64,000 bases of DNA from a bacterium. Lineage in GTDB: Bacteria; Patescibacteriota; Microgenomatia; Curtissbacterales; GWA2-41-24. Where the stretch lies: contig JAKALT010000004.1 in assembly GCA_021813125.1 (NCBI GenBank), forward strand, positions 7,941 through 71,940, written 5' to 3'. A model generated the notes under the pieces. It had not been told where the DNA came from and searched no databases. It saw nothing but the letters and a program-made list of their open reading frames with translations. Shown here in pieces: positions 63,781 to 64,000 of this stretch (within the stretch, counting starts at the first letter, position 1; each line of letters begins with the position of its first letter). The position numbers were made by a program, and so were the translations under genes.

Positions 63781-64000
63781 ATGCCAAGTATTATTAAAAA
63801 AAGCTTTGATTCTCCAGATAAAACTTCAAGCCCTGCAGAAAAAATGAAGGTAGATTTTGTCGAAGTAGGAGACCTAAAAATCCAGAAAGTGACCGCGGAG
63901 CCAGGATGGCAATGGTCAAAACATTTGAAGCCGGTGGTTGGAGGGGAAAGCTGTCAGGTTAATCACAGGATACATTTGTTGTCAGGGAAACTCATGTCGA
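63781..64000 (+). CDS. Cupin-domain protein (partial)
   Basis: SD AGGAGGTG then MPSIIKKSFDSPD...EPGWQWSKHLKPVVGGESCQVNH...LSGKL; runs off the window. Confidence 0.75.
   Translation, partial: MPSIIKKSFDSPDKTSSPAEKMKVDFVEVGDLKIQKVTAEPGWQWSKHLKPVVGGESCQVNHRIHLLSGKLMS

Overview
This is a 64-kb chromosomal window spanning the replication origin of a small-genome bacterium. Gene content and style point to Patescibacteria/CPR, Microgenomates-like (inference). The left end is the conserved jag-yidC-yidD-rnpA-rpmH / dnaA-dnaN-dciA block. Next comes a ~30-kb, almost entirely minus-strand, type IV secretion-like locus with no integrase or relaxase visible. It holds a VirB4-like ATPase, PrgI-like and VirB6-like proteins, peptidoglycan hydrolases, a 1.6-kaa metalloprotease fusion and seven TrbC/VirB2-type pilin-domain genes, four with variable N-terminal extracellular domains. 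The right half has a SpoIID-like protein, smpB, tmRNA, comF, all four tRNA-Ser isoacceptors, tRNA-Arg(GCG), dnaG-rpoD, membrane glycosyltransferases, tRNA-Asn and an accessory tail. Main unexplained signals: (1) a cobalamin-riboswitch-like RNA with a complete terminator/RBS switch in front of an unknown Zn-ribbon protein inside the secretion locus; (2) five dispersed 45-48-bp REPIN-like elements (AAGGTCAGGCCTT-N~20-AAGGCCTGACCTT) found only in that locus; (3) an ~85-aa beta-rich module shared by pilins, the VirB6-like protein and the protease; (4) two free-standing LAGLIDADG-type ORFs that run into tRNA-Ser genes; (5) a group I intron at anticodon position 35/36 of tRNA-Asn whose HNH ORF overlaps the ribozyme core; (6) a duplicated gene 3' end whose six differences are all synonymous. 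All calls come from reading the sequence by eye; no database search was run.
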